From Chiloscyllium plagiosum (lineage: Eukaryota): a stretch of 64,000 nt of DNA. Positions 61,922 through 64,000 of the stretch are shown piece after piece. Made by a program: the position numbers and the translations under genes. Below the pieces are notes generated by a model that had not been told where the DNA came from, did no database searches, and worked only from the letters and a program-made list of their open reading frames with translations. Positions within the stretch are counted from its first letter, which is position 1. Each line of letters opens with the position of its first letter. The stretch lies in NCBI RefSeq assembly GCF_004010195.1, contig NC_057718.1:39860579-39924578 (forward strand), read 5' to 3'.

Positions 61922-63915
61922 TGGCCAGAGTGTGTGCTGGCAGTGGCAGCAACAGCCTTATTGGTAGAGGAAAGTCAGAAACTTACTTTTGGGGGAGCCT
62001 TAATAGTCAGCACCCCACATCGGTACGGACCATATTAAATCAGAAAGCAGGACAATGGCTCACAGGCTCTAGGATCTTGAAATATGAGGCAATTTTAATA
62101 GAGAAGGATGACCTTGTGTTAGTCACAGACAGTTGCTTAAATCCAGCTGCATTCCTGTGGCATGGAGACGGGGAGGCCCCTGGTAATCCAGAACACGACT
62201 GCCTCGATATTATTGAATATCAGGCAAAAGTATGGATGGACTTAAGGGACATCTCGCTGCATGCGGGAGCTCAGTTGTTTATCGACGGGTCCTCCTGGAT
62301 GATTGAGGGTAAAAGGCACAATGGATATGTAGTAGACGGGATAGAGGGAAGCGTTATTGAGGCTGAAAGACTGCCTAATGGCTGGTCAGCCCAAACTTGT
62401 GAACTCCATGCCCTAGAAAGAGCTCTCAGAGCCTTAGAAAACAAGGAAGGAACGGTGTATACAGACTCCAAATATGCATTTGGAGTGGTAACACTTTCGG
62501 AAAAATTTGGCAAGAAAGAGGACTAATAAATAGTCGAGGAAACAAACTAGCACATGAAGAATTGATAGAATGAATACTAGAATCCCTGTTACTCCCGAGG
62601 GAAATAGCGATAGTTCATATAAATGGACATCAAAAGAGGAATTATCCGGAAGTAAGAGGAAATAGACTGGCCGATGAGGTAGCTAAAGAAGCGGCCCTGA
62701 ATCTATAAGGAGCCACAATATACTCCATAATACCAGTAATTCCGGATCCTCAGGGTACCCCATTGTTTACTGCAAAGGAGGAAAAGGAACTAAAAGTCTT
62801 AGGGGCAACAAAGACAGTGGTTGGGCACTGGATGTTACCCGATGGGAGAGAGATGTTGAATAAAATGATGATGCGAGAGATTATGGCTGTCCTATATCAG
62901 GGGAGTCATTGGGGAGTGCAAGCAATGTGTGATTTAGTCTTAAGGAAATATGGATGCAAAGGGATATATACGATAGCCAAACAGATATGTGTGGGATGTA
63001 TAACATGCATGAAGGTAAACAAGAAGGTGCTAAGGAAACAAGTCCCAGGAGGGAGAGAGCCTGGGCTAAGACCATTCCAGAGCATCCAGGTAGATTATAC
63101 CGAATTACCCAGAGTGGGAAGACTGAGATATGTTGGTAATAGTTGATCATTTATCTGGATGGGCGGAGGCGTATCCTCTGGCCACTGCCACTGCAAGTGG
63201 GGTGTCCAAGATAATACTTGAACACATAGTTCCCAGATATGGGATAGTGGGGTGTATAAATTCGGATCAGGCAACTCACTTTACCTCCAGGGTACTCCAG
63301 GGAACGATGAAGGGGTTAGGGATCTCCTGGGAGTTCCACACCCCTTGGCACCCACCCTCATCAGGAAAGGTTGAGAGAATGAACCAGACACTCAAGAGGC
63401 AGTTATCTAAATTAATAATAGAAACCAGACTCCCTTGGACTAAGTGTTTACCTTTAGCCCTCTTGCGAGTGCGGACGGCCCCAAGGAAAGATTTGGGGCT
63501 GTCCCCTTATGAAATATTGTTTAGCTTGCCCTACTTGGGAACAAAAGGGGAACTGCCAATCCCAGAAACTAAAGATTTGTTCTTAAAGAAGTGTATACTG
63601 GGCTTGACCTCCTCTTTGTCTTTCCTCAGGAAACAGGGTTTATTGGCACAGACTCCGCCCCTTATATTCACCGTTCATCCCATCTGGTCGGGAGATTGGG
63701 TCCTGATTAAGTCATAGACAGAAACTAAATTGCAACTGGATTGGGAGGGACCATACCAGGATCTTTTGACTACCAAAACGGAGATAAGAACGGCGGAGAA
63801 AGGATGGACTCACTACACCAGGATTAAGGGACCAGTGGAATCCCTGGTTGAGAAAGAAGTCTGGACAAACGAATCAACGCAAGAACCACTGAAGCTCAGG
63901 CTAAAAAGACTTTAA
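61922..63915 (+). pseudogene. pol: ERV pol remnant (RT tether, RNase H, integrase), frameshifted
   Basis: WPECVLAVAATALLVEESQKLT; LFIDGS, SAQTCELHAL, YTDSKYAFG, HINGHQ, GNRLAD (RNase H); SHWG...CITC, IQVDYTE, INSDQATHF, SSGKVERMN, WEGPY (integrase). Confidence 0.93.
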
Positions 63916-64000
63916 GTGACTGATTATACTGTGACGACGTGAGCACTGGATGTTTTTTTTAATAGATTGGATGTAAAGTCTCTCAGCGCTTCAATACTAC

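Larger units (their letters stand above)
59325..64000 (+). mobile_element. Defective class I (gamma/epsilon-like, HERV-I-like) endogenous retrovirus; 3' end outside the window
   Basis: 5' LTR, tRNA-Pro PBS, myristoylation-type gag start, RNase H and integrase remnants in canonical order. Confidence 0.92.

Noticed and set aside
63916..64000. ERV env start
   Set aside because: Only 85 bp available and no recognisable signal peptide or ORF.

Overview
Eukaryotic, repeat-rich vertebrate genomic DNA. The repeat families (HE1-type tRNA SINEs with (TAATC)n tails, several CR1 LINEs) point to a cartilaginous fish, probably a shark; this is inference. The only host gene I can support is the 5' part of MARK1 on the minus strand: coding exons 1-3 at 47807-47857, 46433-46636 and 45527-45580. 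I did not find exon 4, so 1-45526 is probably a >45 kb intron 3. That intron and the upstream region are filled with CR1 fragments, SINEs, a full-length but disabled 5.7 kb L1 inserted in a CR1, and a decayed Penelope-like (RT + GIY-YIG) element. A class I (HERV-I-like) endogenous retrovirus with LTR, tRNA-Pro PBS, deleted gag and 3' pol sits at the right end. The most interesting signal is about ten short (90-230 bp) non-coding insertions of two families. They carry minimal hammerhead-ribozyme cores (CUGANGA-stem-GAAA-palindrome-UH), are usually arranged as head-to-head inverted copies, and are flanked by mostly 11-15 bp target-site duplications. They look like non-autonomous Penelope-LTR/ribozyme mobile elements. 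Also notable: a pre-miRNA-sized hairpin, a double fold-back rearrangement, and about 1.2 kb of non-retroviral DNA inside the ERV. There is an assembly gap at 51485-52030.
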